A DNA stretch of 64,000 nt, taken from NCBI GenBank assembly GCA_965221125.1, contig CBDCRW010000004.1:288001-352000 (forward strand), in the 5' to 3' direction. Every line of letters starts with the position of its first letter. Position 1 is the stretch's first letter. The notes below the pieces were generated by a model. It searched no databases and was not told the origin of the DNA. It worked only from the letters and a program-made list of their open reading frames with translations. Source of the stretch: Alphaproteobacteria bacterium (lineage in GTDB: Bacteria > Pseudomonadota > Alphaproteobacteria > UBA828). Below, piece after piece: positions 1-10,608 of this stretch. The position numbers and the translations under genes are program-made.

Positions 1-2772
1 GAGCGCCGCGCGCAGGCGGTGGGGAAGGGCTGGCACCCTGGTGACGCGCACGCCGGTCGCATGGCGGATGGCGCCGAGGATCGCCGGCGCGGTCGGCACC
101 AGGCCGGGCTCGCCCACGCCCTTGGCGCCGAAGGGGCCCAGAGGCTCCGGGTCCTCGACGATGATCACCTCGATCTCCGGCACGTCGCCCACGGTCGGGA
201 TCAGGTAGTCGTGCAGGTTCTCGGTCCGGCCCGGCAGGTATTCCTCCATCAGCGCAAGGCCGATGCCCTGCGCGATGCCGCCCTCGATCTGCCCTTCGAC
301 CTGGGTCGGGTTGATGGCGCGGCCGACGTCGTGCGCGGCGTGGATGCGGACGGGGGTCACGGTGCCGAGTTCGGTATCCACGTCGACGACCGCGACCTGG
401 GCGCCGAAGGCATAGGTGGCGTAGGGCGAGCCCTGACCCCTGGCGTCGAGCGGCGTGGACGGCGGATCGAATGTGCCGGCGCCTTCCAGCACGACGCCCC
501 TCTCGTTGGCCTTCAGCCGGGAGAGGTCGATCTCCACTCGGCGCTCGCCGTCCCGGATCACCACGCACCCGCCCGCGAGTTCGATGGTGGCGTCGTCCGC
601 GGCATTGGCCTCACGCAGGATCGCGGCGCGGAGGGCGGCGCCGGCCCGCTCCGCCGCCTTGCCGGAGACGAAGGTCTGTCGCGAGGCGGAGGTCTTGCCC
701 GCGTCTTCGGTCCAGTCGGTGTCGCCGACGATCTGGGCGATTCTGTTTGCCGCTACGCCCAGCGCGTCGGCGCAGATCTGGGCGAGGATGGTGGTCGAGC
801 CCTGGCCGATATCGACGGCGCCGTTGTAGAGCGTGAGTCGACCCTCCCGGTCGAGGGTGATGCGCATGGCGGACGGGTTGCTGAGCGCGGTGTTGCCGAT
901 GCCGTACCACATGCAGCCGATGCCGACGCCCCGCCGCACCGGGCCGTCCTCCGCGTTGGCGCGGGCGGCGTCCTCAAGCGCGCGCTGCCAGCGGGGCTTT
1001 AGCGCCTCCAGGCAGGGGGCGAGACCGGCGCTCGCTTCCAGCACCTGGCCGGTCGCCGTCGCATCGCCCACGCAGAGCGCGTTCTTCAGGCGCATCTCCA
1101 GCCGGTCCATGCCGAGCCCGGCGGCGAGGTCGTCCATCAGCGCCTCGTGGGCGATGGCGGCTTGCGGCACGCCGAAGCCTCGGAAGGCGCCGGCCGGCGG
1201 CCCGTTGGTGTAGAGGGCCCGGCCCCGCGCCGAGACCGTCGGCACGGCATAGGGGCCCGTCGCGTGGACCGGCACGCGGCCCGCGACGGTCGGCCCCCAC
1301 GAGGCGTAGGCGCCGGTATCGAAGGTCGCGTCGAACGCCACCGCCTGCAGCGTGCCGTCGCCATCGCAGCCCATGCGTGCCTCGATCGTCGCGGGATGGC
1401 GCTTGGGGCTCGCCATCATGCTTTCGGGCCGCTCGTAGACGCAGGCCACCGGCTTGCCCGTGAGCCAGGCGGCGAGCGCTGCGAGAGGCTGGACCGAGAC
1501 GTCGAGCTTGCCGCCGAAGCCGCCGCCGCAGGCGCTCGGCACGATCCGCACCTGCGTCGGCGCAAGGCCCAGCACCTCGGCCGTCATGTCGCGGTCCATG
1601 ACCGGCGTCTGGGTCGAGACGAAGAGCTCGACGCGCTCGCCGATGCGCCGCGCCCAGCCGGCCTCCGGCTCGATATAGGCGTGCTCGACGAAGGCGGTCT
1701 CGAAGCGCCCTTGCGCCGTCACGGCGCAGTCCGCCAGCGCCGCTTGCGCCTCGCCGCGCTCGACCCCGCCCTCGATCAGGCGGTTGTCCGCCATGTCGTC
1801 GTGGACCAGCGGCGCGTTCGGGGCCCCGGCCTCGCCTGCGTCGTGGACCGCAGGCAGGGGCTCGTAGCGGATCGGCAGGTCGTCGTCCCGCACCGCGACG
1901 ACCGCCTCGCGCGTGCCGACCAGGGCCACCACGGGATCGCCCCGGTAGCGCACGATGCCCTCGGCCAGCACCGGCTGGTCACGCAGGTCGGGATAGATGC
2001 CGATGCGGTTCGACGGCACGTCGTCGGCGGTGAGGACCCGTTCCACGCCGGGCCAGCCGGCAGCGGCAGCCTCAAGGTCGCCGAGCACGACCCTGGCCGA
2101 GTCATGAGGCGAGCGGACGATGCGGAGCCAGAGCGCGTCGGCCGGCACGGCGTCGGCGCCGTAGCGCTCCGCGCCGGTGAGCTTGGCCACGCCGTCGAGC
2201 TTGGCGAGCCGAGCGCCGACGGCAGCGCCTGGCGGGGGCGTGCCGAGCGGCTGCGGGGCGTCGCCTGCCGCGTCGAGCACCGCGGCCACGATCTTGCGAT
2301 AGCCGGTGCAGCGGCAGAGCACGCCGCCGAGGCCGTCCATCACCTCCGCCTCGCTGGGGCGGGGAGAGGCGCGCAGCACCTCGGTCGCGGCGACCAGCAT
2401 GCCGGGCGTGCACGCGCCGCACTGCGCCGCGCCGTGACGCAGGAAGGCCCGCTGCAGGCGGTTGAGCCGGCCGTCCCGCGCGAGGCCCTCCACCGTTTCC
2501 ACCGAGCGTCCGGCGGTCTGGGCCAACGGCACCATGCAGCTGCACATCTGTTCGCCGTCGAGCAGCACCGTGCAGGCGCCGCAGTCGCCGGCGTTGCAGC
2601 CCACCTTGGTCCCGGTGAGGCCGAGATCGTCGCGGAGCGCGTCGGCGAGACGGCGGAGCGGCGGCGCCGTGACCGAGACCGGCTTCCCGTTCACCGTGAA
2701 AGCGACGGCGCCGGCAGCCGACGCCCCGCATGCGGGATCGCTGCTGCCGCCGTCGAGGCCGCGCGCGCTCAC
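1..2772 (-). CDS. Xanthine dehydrogenase/aldehyde oxidoreductase family protein, N-terminal [2Fe-2S] domain fused to molybdopterin-binding subunit (3' end runs off the window)
   Basis: Not in the ORF track (no stop in window). Manual translation from GTG 2772: ...GLTGTKVGCNAGDCGACTVLLDG..., QCGACTPG, LCRCTGY, GGGFGGK, AFRGFG, GAKGVGEP. Start overlaps the stop of the FAD subunit gene. Confidence 0.9.
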   Translation of the reverse strand, partial: MSARGLDGGSSDPACGASAAGAVAFTVNGKPVSVTAPPLRRLADALRDDLGLTGTKVGCNAGDCGACTVLLDGEQMCSCMVPLAQTAGRSVETVEGLARDGRLNRLQRAFLRHGAAQCGACTPGMLVAATEVLRASPRPSEAEVMDGLGGVLCRCTGYRKIVAAVLDAAGDAPQPLGTPPPGAAVGARLAKLDGVAKLTGAERYGADAVPADALWLRIVRSPHDSARVVLGDLEAAAAGWPGVERVLTADDVPSNRIGIYPDLRDQPVLAEGIVRYRGDPVVALVGTREAVVAVRDDDLPIRYEPLPAVHDAGEAGAPNAPLVHDDMADNRLIEGGVERGEAQAALADCAVTAQGRFETAFVEHAYIEPEAGWARRIGERVELFVSTQTPVMDRDMTAEVLGLAPTQVRIVPSACGGGFGGKLDVSVQPLAALAAWLTGKPVACVYERPESMMASPKRHPATIEARMGCDGDGTLQAVAFDATFDTGAYASWGPTVAGRVPVHATGPYAVPTVSARGRALYTNGPPAGAFRGFGVPQAAIAHEALMDDLAAGLGMDRLEMRLKNALCVGDATATGQVLEASAGLAPCLEALKPRWQRALEDAARANAEDGPVRRGVGIGCMWYGIGNTALSNPSAMRITLDREGRLTLYNGAVDIGQGSTTILAQICADALGVAANRIAQIVGDTDWTEDAGKTSASRQTFVSGKAAERAGAALRAAILREANAADDATIELAGGCVVIRDGERRVEIDLSRLKANERGVVLEGAGTFDPPSTPLDARGQGSPYATYAFGAQVAVVDVDTELGTVTPVRIHAAHDVGRAINPTQVEGQIEGGIAQGIGLALMEEYLPGRTENLHDYLIPTVGDVPEIEVIIVEDPEPLGPFGAKGVGEPGLVPTAPAILGAIRHATGVRVTRVPALPHRLRAAL

Positions 2773-3614
2773 ATCATGCTCCCGAGCTCAGAAAGCGTGC
2801 GCGCCGTCAGCGTGCGCGCGGCATCCAGGCGGTAGTTGGCGGAGCCCCGCGCGTCGTCGAGCGGCGCGAGAGGAGCCATGTGCGCGCCCGTCACGGCGTC
2901 GCCCAGGGCGGCATCGCACGGGCGCCCGAGCAACGCCTTCTCCAGTGTTGGTAGCCGCCGCGCCACCGGGGAGCAGGCGCCGACCGCCACCGCGGCGCAC
3001 ACAACGCGGCCGTCGGCGCCCGCCTCCAGCGCGGCCGCCACCATCACGATGGAGATCACCAGGTAGCGCCGCGCGCCGAGCTTGAGAAAGTGCCCGCACG
3101 CCCGCTCGGCGCGGGGCTTGGGGACGCGGACCGCGACCATGAGCTGGTCCGGCGCGAGCGCGGTCTTGCGATTGCCGCGCACGAAGTCGGCGAGCGGCAT
3201 GGTCTCCCGCCGCTCCAGCGAGGCGAGCTCCACCTCGGCATCGAGGCTGAGCAGCACCGGCACCCCGTCCGCCGCAGGCGAGGCGTTGCAGAGATTGCCG
3301 CAGAGCGTGCCCGCGTTCTGCACCTGGCGGCCGCCGATCTCGCGCGCAGCCAGCTTGAGCCCGTCGAACCAGGGAGGCAGATCGGCGCGGACGATATCCG
3401 TCCAGGTCGCGAGCCCAGGGATGCGCCAGTGATCGTCCCGCTCCTCGATCGCGCGAAGCGAGGGCAGCGCGGTGATGTCCAGCACGTCGTCGTCGAGCGG
3501 CGCGCCCACCCGCGCCGGATAGAAGTCCGTGCCGCCGGCCAGCACCGTCAGCCGGCGGTGGCTCAGCGCCGCGAGCGCATCGTCGAGCGCGGTGGGTCGC
3601 AGGTAGTCCGGCAT
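2769..3614 (-). CDS. Xanthine dehydrogenase family FAD-binding subunit (CoxM/XdhB-like)
   Basis: MPDYLRPTALDDAL..AGGTD..QVQNAGTLCGNLCNASPAADG motifs; start re-chosen at ATG 3614. Confidence 0.9.
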   Translation of the reverse strand: MPDYLRPTALDDALAALSHRRLTVLAGGTDFYPARVGAPLDDDVLDITALPSLRAIEERDDHWRIPGLATWTDIVRADLPPWFDGLKLAAREIGGRQVQNAGTLCGNLCNASPAADGVPVLLSLDAEVELASLERRETMPLADFVRGNRKTALAPDQLMVAVRVPKPRAERACGHFLKLGARRYLVISIVMVAAALEAGADGRVVCAAVAVGACSPVARRLPTLEKALLGRPCDAALGDAVTGAHMAPLAPLDDARGSANYRLDAARTLTARTLSELGSMM

Positions 3615-3678
3615 CACGGCAACCTCATGTCCCGACCCATGATACCGGAGCGGCCCACGCAGGGCGCGGGTGCTCGCG

Positions 3679-4314
3679 TCAGCCGGCGGGGTCGAGGGGC
3701 GCACCCCCGTAGAGCCACGGCTGGGCGGCCTTCTGCTTCGCCTCGAAGGCGTCGATCTCGGCGGCCTTGGTCATCGTGATGCCGATGTCGTCGAGGCCGT
3801 TCAGCAGCCGGTGCTTGCGGAAGGGCTCGATCTTGAAGCCGATGGTCTCGCCGTTCGACCGCGTGATGGTCTGCGCCTCCAGGTCCACCGACATCCGGCA
3901 GGTCTGGGAGTTCCCGGCGTCGGCCATCAGCGTGTTCGCGTCATCCTCGGGCAACGGAATGAGGAGAATGCCGTTCTTCACGCAGTTGTTGAAGAAGATG
4001 TCCGCGAAGCTCGGTGCGATCACGCAGCGGATGCCGAAATCCTCCAGCGCCCAGGGGGCGTGCTCGCGGCTCGACCCGCAGCCGAAGTTGTTGCCGGCCA
4101 CCAGGATGCAGGCCTCGCGCCAGGGCGCCTGGTTGAGGACGAAGTCCGGAAGCTCCTCGTCCTCCATGTCGTAGCGAAAGTCGTGGAAGAGCCCCTTGCC
4201 GAGGCCGGCGCGGCTGATCGCGGTGAGGTACTGCTTGGGAATCAGCTGGTCGGTATCGACGTTGATCATCGGCAGCGCCGCCGCCGGGCCGGAGAGGGTC
4301 GTGAAGGTCCGCAT
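3679..4314 (-). CDS. leuD: 3-isopropylmalate dehydratase small subunit
   Basis: [39 protein letters not shown] motifs. Confidence 0.97.
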   Translation of the reverse strand: MRTFTTLSGPAAALPMINVDTDQLIPKQYLTAISRAGLGKGLFHDFRYDMEDEELPDFVLNQAPWREACILVAGNNFGCGSSREHAPWALEDFGIRCVIAPSFADIFFNNCVKNGILLIPLPEDDANTLMADAGNSQTCRMSVDLEAQTITRSNGETIGFKIEPFRKHRLLNGLDDIGITMTKAAEIDAFEAKQKAAQPWLYGGAPLDPAG

Positions 4315-4326
4315 GGCGATCCCTCC

Positions 4327-5745
4327 TCAGGCCAGCAGTTCGCGGACGTCGACGAAGCGTCCGCTGACCGCGGCTGCCGCGGCCATCGCCGGGCTCACCA
4401 GGTGGGTGCGCCCGGCGCGGCCTTGCCGGCCCTTGAAGTTGCGGTTCGACGTCGACGCGCAACGCTCGCCCGGCGCGAGCTTGTCGTCGTTCATGGCGAT
4501 GCACATGGAGCAACCGGGGTCGCGCCACTCGAAGCCGGCTTCGAGGAAGATGCGGTCGAGCCCTTCCTCCTCGGCCTGCTGTTTCACGAGGCCGGAGCCC
4601 GGCACGACCATGGCACCCACGCCCGCCGGCACCCTGCGCCCCCTGGCGACGGCGGCGGCGGCGCGCAGGTCCTCGATCCTGCCGTTGGTGCACGAGCCGA
4701 TGAAGACGCGGTTCACTGCCACGCCCTCGATGGGCGCATCGGGCTCGAGCGCCATGTAGTCGAGCGCCTGGGCGATCGCCTCGCGGTGCATCTCGTCGGT
4801 CGCTTTGGCGGGGTCCGGGGTGCGCCCCGTCACCGGGATCACGTCCTCGGGGCTCGTGCCCCAGGTGATCTGCGGCGCGATGTCGGAGGCCTGGATCGTG
4901 GCTTCCTTGTCGTAGGCGGCACCTTCGTCGGAGGCGAGCGTCCGCCAGTGGGCCATGGCCTGGTCCCAGGCCGCGCCGGAGGGCGCCATGGGCCGGCCCT
5001 CGAGATAGGCGAAGGTGGTCTCATCCGGCGCGATGAGGCCCGCGCGCGCGCCGCCCTCGATGGTCATGTTGCAGACCGTCATCCGCCCTTCCATGGAGAG
5101 CGCGTGGATCGCGGGGCCCGCGTACTCGACCACGTGGCCGGTGCCGCCGGCGGTGCCGATCTCGCCGATGATGGCGAGGATCATGTCCTTGCCGGTGATG
5201 CCTGCGGGCAGGTCGCCGGCCACCGTGATACGCATGTTGCGCGGGCGCTTCTGGTTCAGCGTCTGGGTCGCGAGCACGTGCTCGACCTCGCTCGAGCCGA
5301 TGCCGAAGGCGAGGCAGCCGAAGGCGCCGTGCGTCGCGGTGTGGCTGTCGCCGCAGACGAGCGTGGCACCCGGCAAAGTCAGCCCCTGCTCCGGCCCGAT
5401 GATGTGAACGATGCCCTGGCGCACGTCGGTGAGCGGAATGAGGGGAACGCCGAACGCCGCGCAGTTCTCGATCAGCGCTTCCACCTGGCCGCGGCCGAGC
5501 GGGTCGCCGATGCCTGCGACGCCGGCGGCGCGGTTCCTGGTGGGGATCGAATGGTCCGGCACGCCGAGGGTGGCATCGGGGCGGCGCACCGGGCGCCCGT
5601 CCTCGGCCATCTTCTCGAAGCCGGTCCAGCTCGTCACCTCGTGGATGAGGTGCTTGTCGATATAGAGGAGCGTGGTGCCGTCGTCGTTCTCGGCCACCAC
5701 GTGGCTCTCCCAGATCTTGTCGAACAGGGTCTTGGGGCCACTCAT
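4327..5745 (-). CDS. leuC: 3-isopropylmalate dehydratase large subunit
   Basis: [50 protein letters not shown] motifs. Confidence 0.97.
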   Translation of the reverse strand: MSGPKTLFDKIWESHVVAENDDGTTLLYIDKHLIHEVTSWTGFEKMAEDGRPVRRPDATLGVPDHSIPTRNRAAGVAGIGDPLGRGQVEALIENCAAFGVPLIPLTDVRQGIVHIIGPEQGLTLPGATLVCGDSHTATHGAFGCLAFGIGSSEVEHVLATQTLNQKRPRNMRITVAGDLPAGITGKDMILAIIGEIGTAGGTGHVVEYAGPAIHALSMEGRMTVCNMTIEGGARAGLIAPDETTFAYLEGRPMAPSGAAWDQAMAHWRTLASDEGAAYDKEATIQASDIAPQITWGTSPEDVIPVTGRTPDPAKATDEMHREAIAQALDYMALEPDAPIEGVAVNRVFIGSCTNGRIEDLRAAAAVARGRRVPAGVGAMVVPGSGLVKQQAEEEGLDRIFLEAGFEWRDPGCSMCIAMNDDKLAPGERCASTSNRNFKGRQGRAGRTHLVSPAMAAAAAVSGRFVDVRELLA

Positions 5746-5776
5746 GGGTGTCCTCCCGCGGCGATGGCGAGGCCGG

Positions 5777-6193
5777 TCAATCGGCGGGCGCGGCGCTTTC
5801 CCGGGTCTTGGCGGCGGCCTTCCTCGCGCCGCGGTCGTCGCGCTTCTCGCGGATGCGCGCCGACTTGCCGCGCCGGCCGCGCAGGTAATAGAGCTTGGCG
5901 CGGCGTACCGCGCCGCGCTTCATCACCTCGATCTTCGCGATGCGCGGCGAATGCAGCGGAAAGACGCGCTCGACCCCTTCACCGTAGGAGATCTTGCGGA
6001 CCGTGAAGGAGGAATTGAGGCTGCGGTTCCGCCTTGCGATGCACACGCCCTCGAACACCTGCACCCGCTCGCGGGAGCCCTCCACCACCTTGACGTGGAC
6101 GCGGAGCGTATCGCCAGGGCCGAACTCCGGGACTTCCCGCTCGTCCACGAGCTTCTCCACGGCTTCCGCGTTCAGCTGCTCGATCATGTTCAC
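5777..6193 (-). CDS. rplS: 50S ribosomal protein L19
   Basis: [28 protein letters not shown]; position after trmD. Confidence 0.97.
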   Translation of the reverse strand: MNMIEQLNAEAVEKLVDEREVPEFGPGDTLRVHVKVVEGSRERVQVFEGVCIARRNRSLNSSFTVRKISYGEGVERVFPLHSPRIAKIEVMKRGAVRRAKLYYLRGRRGKSARIREKRDDRGARKAAAKTRESAAPAD

Positions 6194-6243
6194 GGCACTA
6201 TCCTCACGGTTTCAGGCGTGTGTCGCGCCTCGCGGCGCGCGAC

Positions 6244-6981
6244 TCATCGACGCGCCTGGTGGCGTGCCCAGAGATCGGCACGCCGCGTTCTCGTCACATG
6301 TTCCGCCTGCGCGCGGCGCCAGGCCTCGATGGCGGCGTGGTCGCCGGAGAGCAGGACCTCCGGCACGGCGCGGCCTTCGAAGAGGCGAGGCCGCGTGTAC
6401 TGCGGGTACTCCAGCAGGTCGTCCTCGAAGCTCTCGTCCACCAGCGAGGAGGGCCGGCCGACCACGCCGGGCAGCAGGCGCACGCAGGCGTCGATCACCG
6501 CCATTGCAGCGATCTCCCCGCCCGAGAGCACATAGTCGCCGACGCTGAGCTCGGCAACGCCACGGCCTTCCAGAACACGCTCGTCAACCCCCTCGAAACG
6601 GCCGCAGATCAACGTAATGCCGGGGCCGCTCGCCAACGTCTTCACCTGCTCCTGGGTCAGCGGGGCACCGCGCGGCGAGAGCAGGAAGCGCGGAGCGCCC
6701 CCCTCTGTCGGCCCAACGGAATCGATGGCCGCTGCCAGGACGTCGGGGCGCATGACCATTCCCGCCCCGCCGCCGAACGGGTGATCGTCGACGGAGCCGT
6801 GTTTATCGCTTGCGAAGCGGCGGATGTCCACCGTTTCCAGCCGCCAGAGGTCGGATTCGAGGCCGCGGCCCGCGAGCGCCGCGCCGAGCGGTCCGGGAAA
6901 GATTTCCGGGTAGAGCGTGAGGACCCGCGCACACCAGGCCGCCGCGTTCGCCTGTCCGTCATCGTGCGGGCCGGCCGTCAC
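6244..6981 (-). CDS. trmD: tRNA (guanine37-N1)-methyltransferase
   Basis: [43 protein letters not shown]. Confidence 0.97.
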   Translation of the reverse strand: MTAGPHDDGQANAAAWCARVLTLYPEIFPGPLGAALAGRGLESDLWRLETVDIRRFASDKHGSVDDHPFGGGAGMVMRPDVLAAAIDSVGPTEGGAPRFLLSPRGAPLTQEQVKTLASGPGITLICGRFEGVDERVLEGRGVAELSVGDYVLSGGEIAAMAVIDACVRLLPGVVGRPSSLVDESFEDDLLEYPQYTRPRLFEGRAVPEVLLSGDHAAIEAWRRAQAEHVTRTRRADLWARHQARR

Positions 6982-7553
6982 GGGCCTTCCTCCGCCGGGG
7001 CGACGACCATGCGGCCGCCTTCGATATCGACGGTGGGCACATGCTCCCGCGTGAAGGGGACGAGGGCAGACGGGCCGTCCGGCGGCTGAATCTCGACGAT
7101 CGGGCCGGCGCCGTGGTCGTGAATGGCGCTCACCCGGCCGAGGGTATCGCCGTCCGGGCTCTCTGCCCGGAGGCCGAGGAGGTCGACGTGGTAGTACTCC
7201 TCGCCCTCGGTCGGCGGGAGCGCCGCTCGGGCGATGTGGAGGTCGGTGCCGCGCAGCGCCTCCGCCGCGTTGCGGTCGTCCACGCCGTCGATGCGGGCGA
7301 GCAGCAGGCCCTTCACGCGCCCGGTGACCGAGAGGGCGAAGCGCCGGGCGCCGGCTTCGTCGCAGAGCGGGCCGTAGGCGGTGAGATCGTCCGGGTTCGC
7401 CGTGTGGCTTTGTACGCGCACGATGCCGCGCACGCCGTGGGCGCCCACTATTCGCCCGAGGCAGACCGTCTGCGCCCGCGCCGCCGCTGCGGGGGCGGGC
7501 GCAGGTGCGCCGGGCGCGGCGTCAGTCCGCGGCGTTCTCTTCGCCCTCGCCAT
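6978..7553 (-). CDS. rimM: Ribosome maturation factor RimM
   Basis: [34 protein letters not shown]; between rpsP and trmD. Start uncertain: nearest in-frame ATG (7553) overlaps the rpsP end. Confidence 0.9.
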   Translation of the reverse strand: MARAKRTPRTDAAPGAPAPAPAAAARAQTVCLGRIVGAHGVRGIVRVQSHTANPDDLTAYGPLCDEAGARRFALSVTGRVKGLLLARIDGVDDRNAAEALRGTDLHIARAALPPTEGEEYYHVDLLGLRAESPDGDTLGRVSAIHDHGAGPIVEIQPPDGPSALVPFTREHVPTVDIEGGRMVVAPAEEGP

Positions 7554-8094
7554 CGCCGGCTTCGTCGGCCGTGGCCTCTTCAGGGGCAGCTTCCTCAGCG
7601 GCGGCCTCTGCGGGCGCTTCAGCCTCGGCCTCTTCCGGGGCGCTTCCCTCCGGGGCCGCTTCCTCGGGAGCAGCCTCTTCAGCGGCAGCTTCCTCAGGTG
7701 CGGCCTCTTCGGGCGCGGCCTCTGCGGCGGCGCTGGCTTCGGCCTCGGCAGCTGCCGCCGCCTTCTCGGCCCGTGCCGCCGCGCGTTCCACCGCCTTCGC
7801 CTTGGGCTTGGCCTTCTGCGGGTTGTTGCGCTGCGCCGGCATCGGGATGATCTCGGCAGCGCCGAGGAAGCGGGCCACGCGCTCCGACGGCAGCGCGCCG
7901 ACATCGAGCCAGTGGCGAATGCGCTCCTCGTTGAGGCGCACGCGCTCCGGATGGTCCTTGGGCAGCATCGGGTCGTAGGTCCCGAGCCGCTCCAGGAAGC
8001 GCCCGTCGCGGGGGTAGCGGCTGTCGGCCACGACCACACGGTAGAACGGGCGCTTCTTGGCGCCCGCGCGGGATAGGCGAATCTTCAGTGCCAT
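7522..8094 (-). CDS. rpsP: 30S ribosomal protein S16 with acidic Ala/Glu/Pro C-terminal extension
   Basis: [42 protein letters not shown]. Confidence 0.97.
   Translation of the reverse strand: MALKIRLSRAGAKKRPFYRVVVADSRYPRDGRFLERLGTYDPMLPKDHPERVRLNEERIRHWLDVGALPSERVARFLGAAEIIPMPAQRNNPQKAKPKAKAVERAAARAEKAAAAAEAEASAAAEAAPEEAAPEEAAAEEAAPEEAAPEGSAPEEAEAEAPAEAAAEEAAPEEATADEAGDGEGEENAAD
7570..7735 (-). repeat. Degenerate ~15-bp coding tandem repeat ([10 protein letters not shown]) in the rpsP tail
   Basis: Translation ...[34 protein letters not shown]...EEAAPEEA; boundaries approximate. Confidence 0.75.
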
Positions 8095-8127
8095 GCTTTC
8101 TCCACTCTCTTCGTCCGGGTTGCAGGG

Positions 8128-9483
8128 TCAGCGGGGCGGCATCAGGCCGGGAATTCCGTGCCGCATGAGGCCCTTCTCGCCCAGCTTGTTGGCCCGCTTC
8201 ATCACGATGTTCATCTGCTTCACCTGCTTGAGCACGCGGTTCACGTCCTGCACCGTGGTGCCGGAGCCGCCGGCAATGCGCCGCTTGCGCGAGCTGTTCA
8301 GCAGTTTGGGGTTGCGCCGCTCCGTGGGCGTCATCGAGCTGATGATGGCCTGCTGGCGTTCGAGCATCTTGACGTCGATATTGGCTTCGGCGAGCTGGCG
8401 CTTGACCTTGCCGACGCCCGGCAGCATGCCGAGCAGCCCTTCCATGCCGCCCATCTTCCGTACCTGATCGATCTGCTTGGAGAGATCGTCGAGGTCGAAG
8501 CCGCCCTTCCGGGCCTTCCGCGCGAGGCGCTCGGCCTCTTCGCGTTCGATGGTCTCCTGTGCCCGCTCGACCAGCGAGACCACGTCGCCCATGTCGAGGA
8601 TGCGGGACGCGATGCGGTCCGGATGAAACGGCTCGATGGCGTCGAGCTTCTCGCCGACGCCGATCAGCTTGATCGGGCAGCCGGTCACCGCGCGCATGCT
8701 GAGCGCAGCGCCACCGCGTCCGTCGCCGTCGACACGGGTGAGCGCGATGCCGGTCAGCCCGATCCGCTCGTGGAAGGAGCTTGCGATGGTGACGGCGTCC
8801 TGGCCGGTCAGCGCGTCGGCGACCAGCAGGGTCTCGGCCGGCATGGCGATGTCGCGCACCGCCGCGCACTCGGCCATCAGCTCGTCGTCCACGTGGAGGC
8901 GGCCGGCGGTATCCAGCAGGACCACGTCGTGGCCCTCTTGCGCGCCGGCCTTCATCGCGCGCCGCGCGATGGCGACCGCGCGCTCACCGGGGATCACCGG
9001 CAGCACGTCGACTTCCGCCTGCACGGCAAGCGTCGCGAGCTGCTCCATGGCCGCCGGCCGGCTGGTGTCGAGCGAGGCCATCAGCACACGCTTCTTTTGG
9101 GTCACGCGGAGGAAGCGGCCGAGCTTGGCGGTCGTCGTGGTCTTGCCGGAGCCTTGCAGGCCCACCATGAGCACGGCGGCGGGCGGGGTCGCGGCGGCGA
9201 TGCTGATCTCCGCAGTCTCGCCGCCTAGCATCTCGATCAGGTGATCGTTCACGATCTTGATCACCTGCTGGCCGGGCGCGACGCTCTTCAGCACGTCGGC
9301 GCCGACCGCCTTCGCGCTCACGCCGGCAACAAAATCCTTGACCACCGGGAGCGCCACGTCCGCCTCGAGCAGGGCGATCCGCACGTCGCGGAGCGCAGCG
9401 TTCACGTCCGCCTCGCTCAGCGCGCCGCGCTTGGTCAGGGTCTCGAAGACCCCGTTCAGCCTGGTGGACAGACTATCGAACAC
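8128..9483 (-). CDS. ffh: Signal recognition particle protein Ffh
   Basis: GLQGSGKTTT, DTAGRL, GDGRGGAALS, FHPDRIASRILDMGD, M-domain. Confidence 0.97.
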   Translation of the reverse strand: MFDSLSTRLNGVFETLTKRGALSEADVNAALRDVRIALLEADVALPVVKDFVAGVSAKAVGADVLKSVAPGQQVIKIVNDHLIEMLGGETAEISIAAATPPAAVLMVGLQGSGKTTTTAKLGRFLRVTQKKRVLMASLDTSRPAAMEQLATLAVQAEVDVLPVIPGERAVAIARRAMKAGAQEGHDVVLLDTAGRLHVDDELMAECAAVRDIAMPAETLLVADALTGQDAVTIASSFHERIGLTGIALTRVDGDGRGGAALSMRAVTGCPIKLIGVGEKLDAIEPFHPDRIASRILDMGDVVSLVERAQETIEREEAERLARKARKGGFDLDDLSKQIDQVRKMGGMEGLLGMLPGVGKVKRQLAEANIDVKMLERQQAIISSMTPTERRNPKLLNSSRKRRIAGGSGTTVQDVNRVLKQVKQMNIVMKRANKLGEKGLMRHGIPGLMPPR

Positions 9484-9499
9484 GCGCTACTCCCGCCCC

Positions 9500-9570
9500 A
9501 ACGGGGCCTGCGCCGGCGCGCGAAACTCGCGGACCGGCGTCCCTCCTCGAAGGGTGGCCTGTTACAACCT
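9500..9570 (-). promoter_or_regulatory. Structured 5' leader of ffh (candidate alphaproteobacterial ffh RNA motif)
   Basis: Nested hairpin cgccgg-tc-cgcga-gtt-tcgcg-cg-ccggcg at 9511-9539, just upstream of the ffh start; an ffh leader motif is known in Alphaproteobacteria. Match not verified. Confidence 0.45.
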
Positions 9571-9609
9571 CTCGAAGCGGGCGGACCCTAAGCCCGCTCT
9601 CGCACCGGG

Positions 9610-10455
9610 TCAAGGTGCGGGATTGGTCGGATCGGCCGTGCATCTCAACGGCATGCGCAACGGCGTGGCGGCGGTCTCCTCCCGCCGGCGGGTCACACGA
9701 TCGAAGGCCTCGCGGTAGTCCGGGTGCTCCGTGCCGGCCAGGCGGTCCCACCAGGTGAAGTAGAGGCCGTAATTGGAGCCTGAGGAGCTGTGGTGAAGGT
9801 CGTGGTGCGTGTTCGTGGTCAGGACGCCGAACACCGCATGCTCCGGCATGCCCCGTGGAAACAGCTCGAAGCCGGAGTGGCCGATGACGTTGCGGACGAT
9901 CATGTGAAGCATGAACAGGTAGATGACCGTGACGTGCAGCGGCAGGACGAATATGAGGATTGTCAGGAACAGCGCCTGAATCACGGCCTCCAGGGGGGCG
10001 AAGGCGTAGGCCGCCCAGGGCGACGGGCTGTGCGATTCATGGTGCAGCCGGTGGAAGCGCTCGAACAGGCGCGGATGGTGCATCAGCCGATGCGTCCAGT
10101 AGAAATAGGCGTCGTGAAGCACAATGGTCGCCGCCAGGCTGAAGGCGGCGTAAAGCCAGCCGTAATCCGCAAAATCCGTGTATATGAGCGACCAGCCGTT
10201 CGCCATCGCGACGTAGATGAAGACCCCGTTGAGCGCGAAGATGAACGCCGTGATAAGCGAATAGACCACCTCGCGCCGGATCGCGTGGGGCGGCGCAAAG
10301 CCAGGCTGGATCTTGCGCCCGCGGAAGGGATTGCCCTTCCAAACGTAGAGAGCGAGGAACGCGCCCCCCGCCGGCACGACGATGAGCAGCATGTGCGCAC
10401 CGAGAATGGTCGGCCAAGCCGGCCAGGCCGCGATCAGATCGTCGAAAGCGGCCAT
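9610..10455 (-). CDS. Sterol desaturase / fatty acid hydroxylase family protein
   Basis: His boxes YWTHRLMHH, FHRLHHES, HHDLHHS; NYGLYFTWWDRL. Confidence 0.92.
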   Translation of the reverse strand: MAAFDDLIAAWPAWPTILGAHMLLIVVPAGGAFLALYVWKGNPFRGRKIQPGFAPPHAIRREVVYSLITAFIFALNGVFIYVAMANGWSLIYTDFADYGWLYAAFSLAATIVLHDAYFYWTHRLMHHPRLFERFHRLHHESHSPSPWAAYAFAPLEAVIQALFLTILIFVLPLHVTVIYLFMLHMIVRNVIGHSGFELFPRGMPEHAVFGVLTTNTHHDLHHSSSGSNYGLYFTWWDRLAGTEHPDYREAFDRVTRRREETAATPLRMPLRCTADPTNPAP

Positions 10456-10608
10456 GGCTGTCCTGCTTCTCGGGGGCTGGAAACCGCATCGGGCGCGATG
10501 TGGGCGGCGGACGTGCCGTCCTCGGTGGCGAGGGCGGCCGGGGGGACCTTAGCTCACGCGGCGATGGTTAGCCATGCGCCGCCAACGCGGGTGACGCGCC
10601 TCGTCGCC

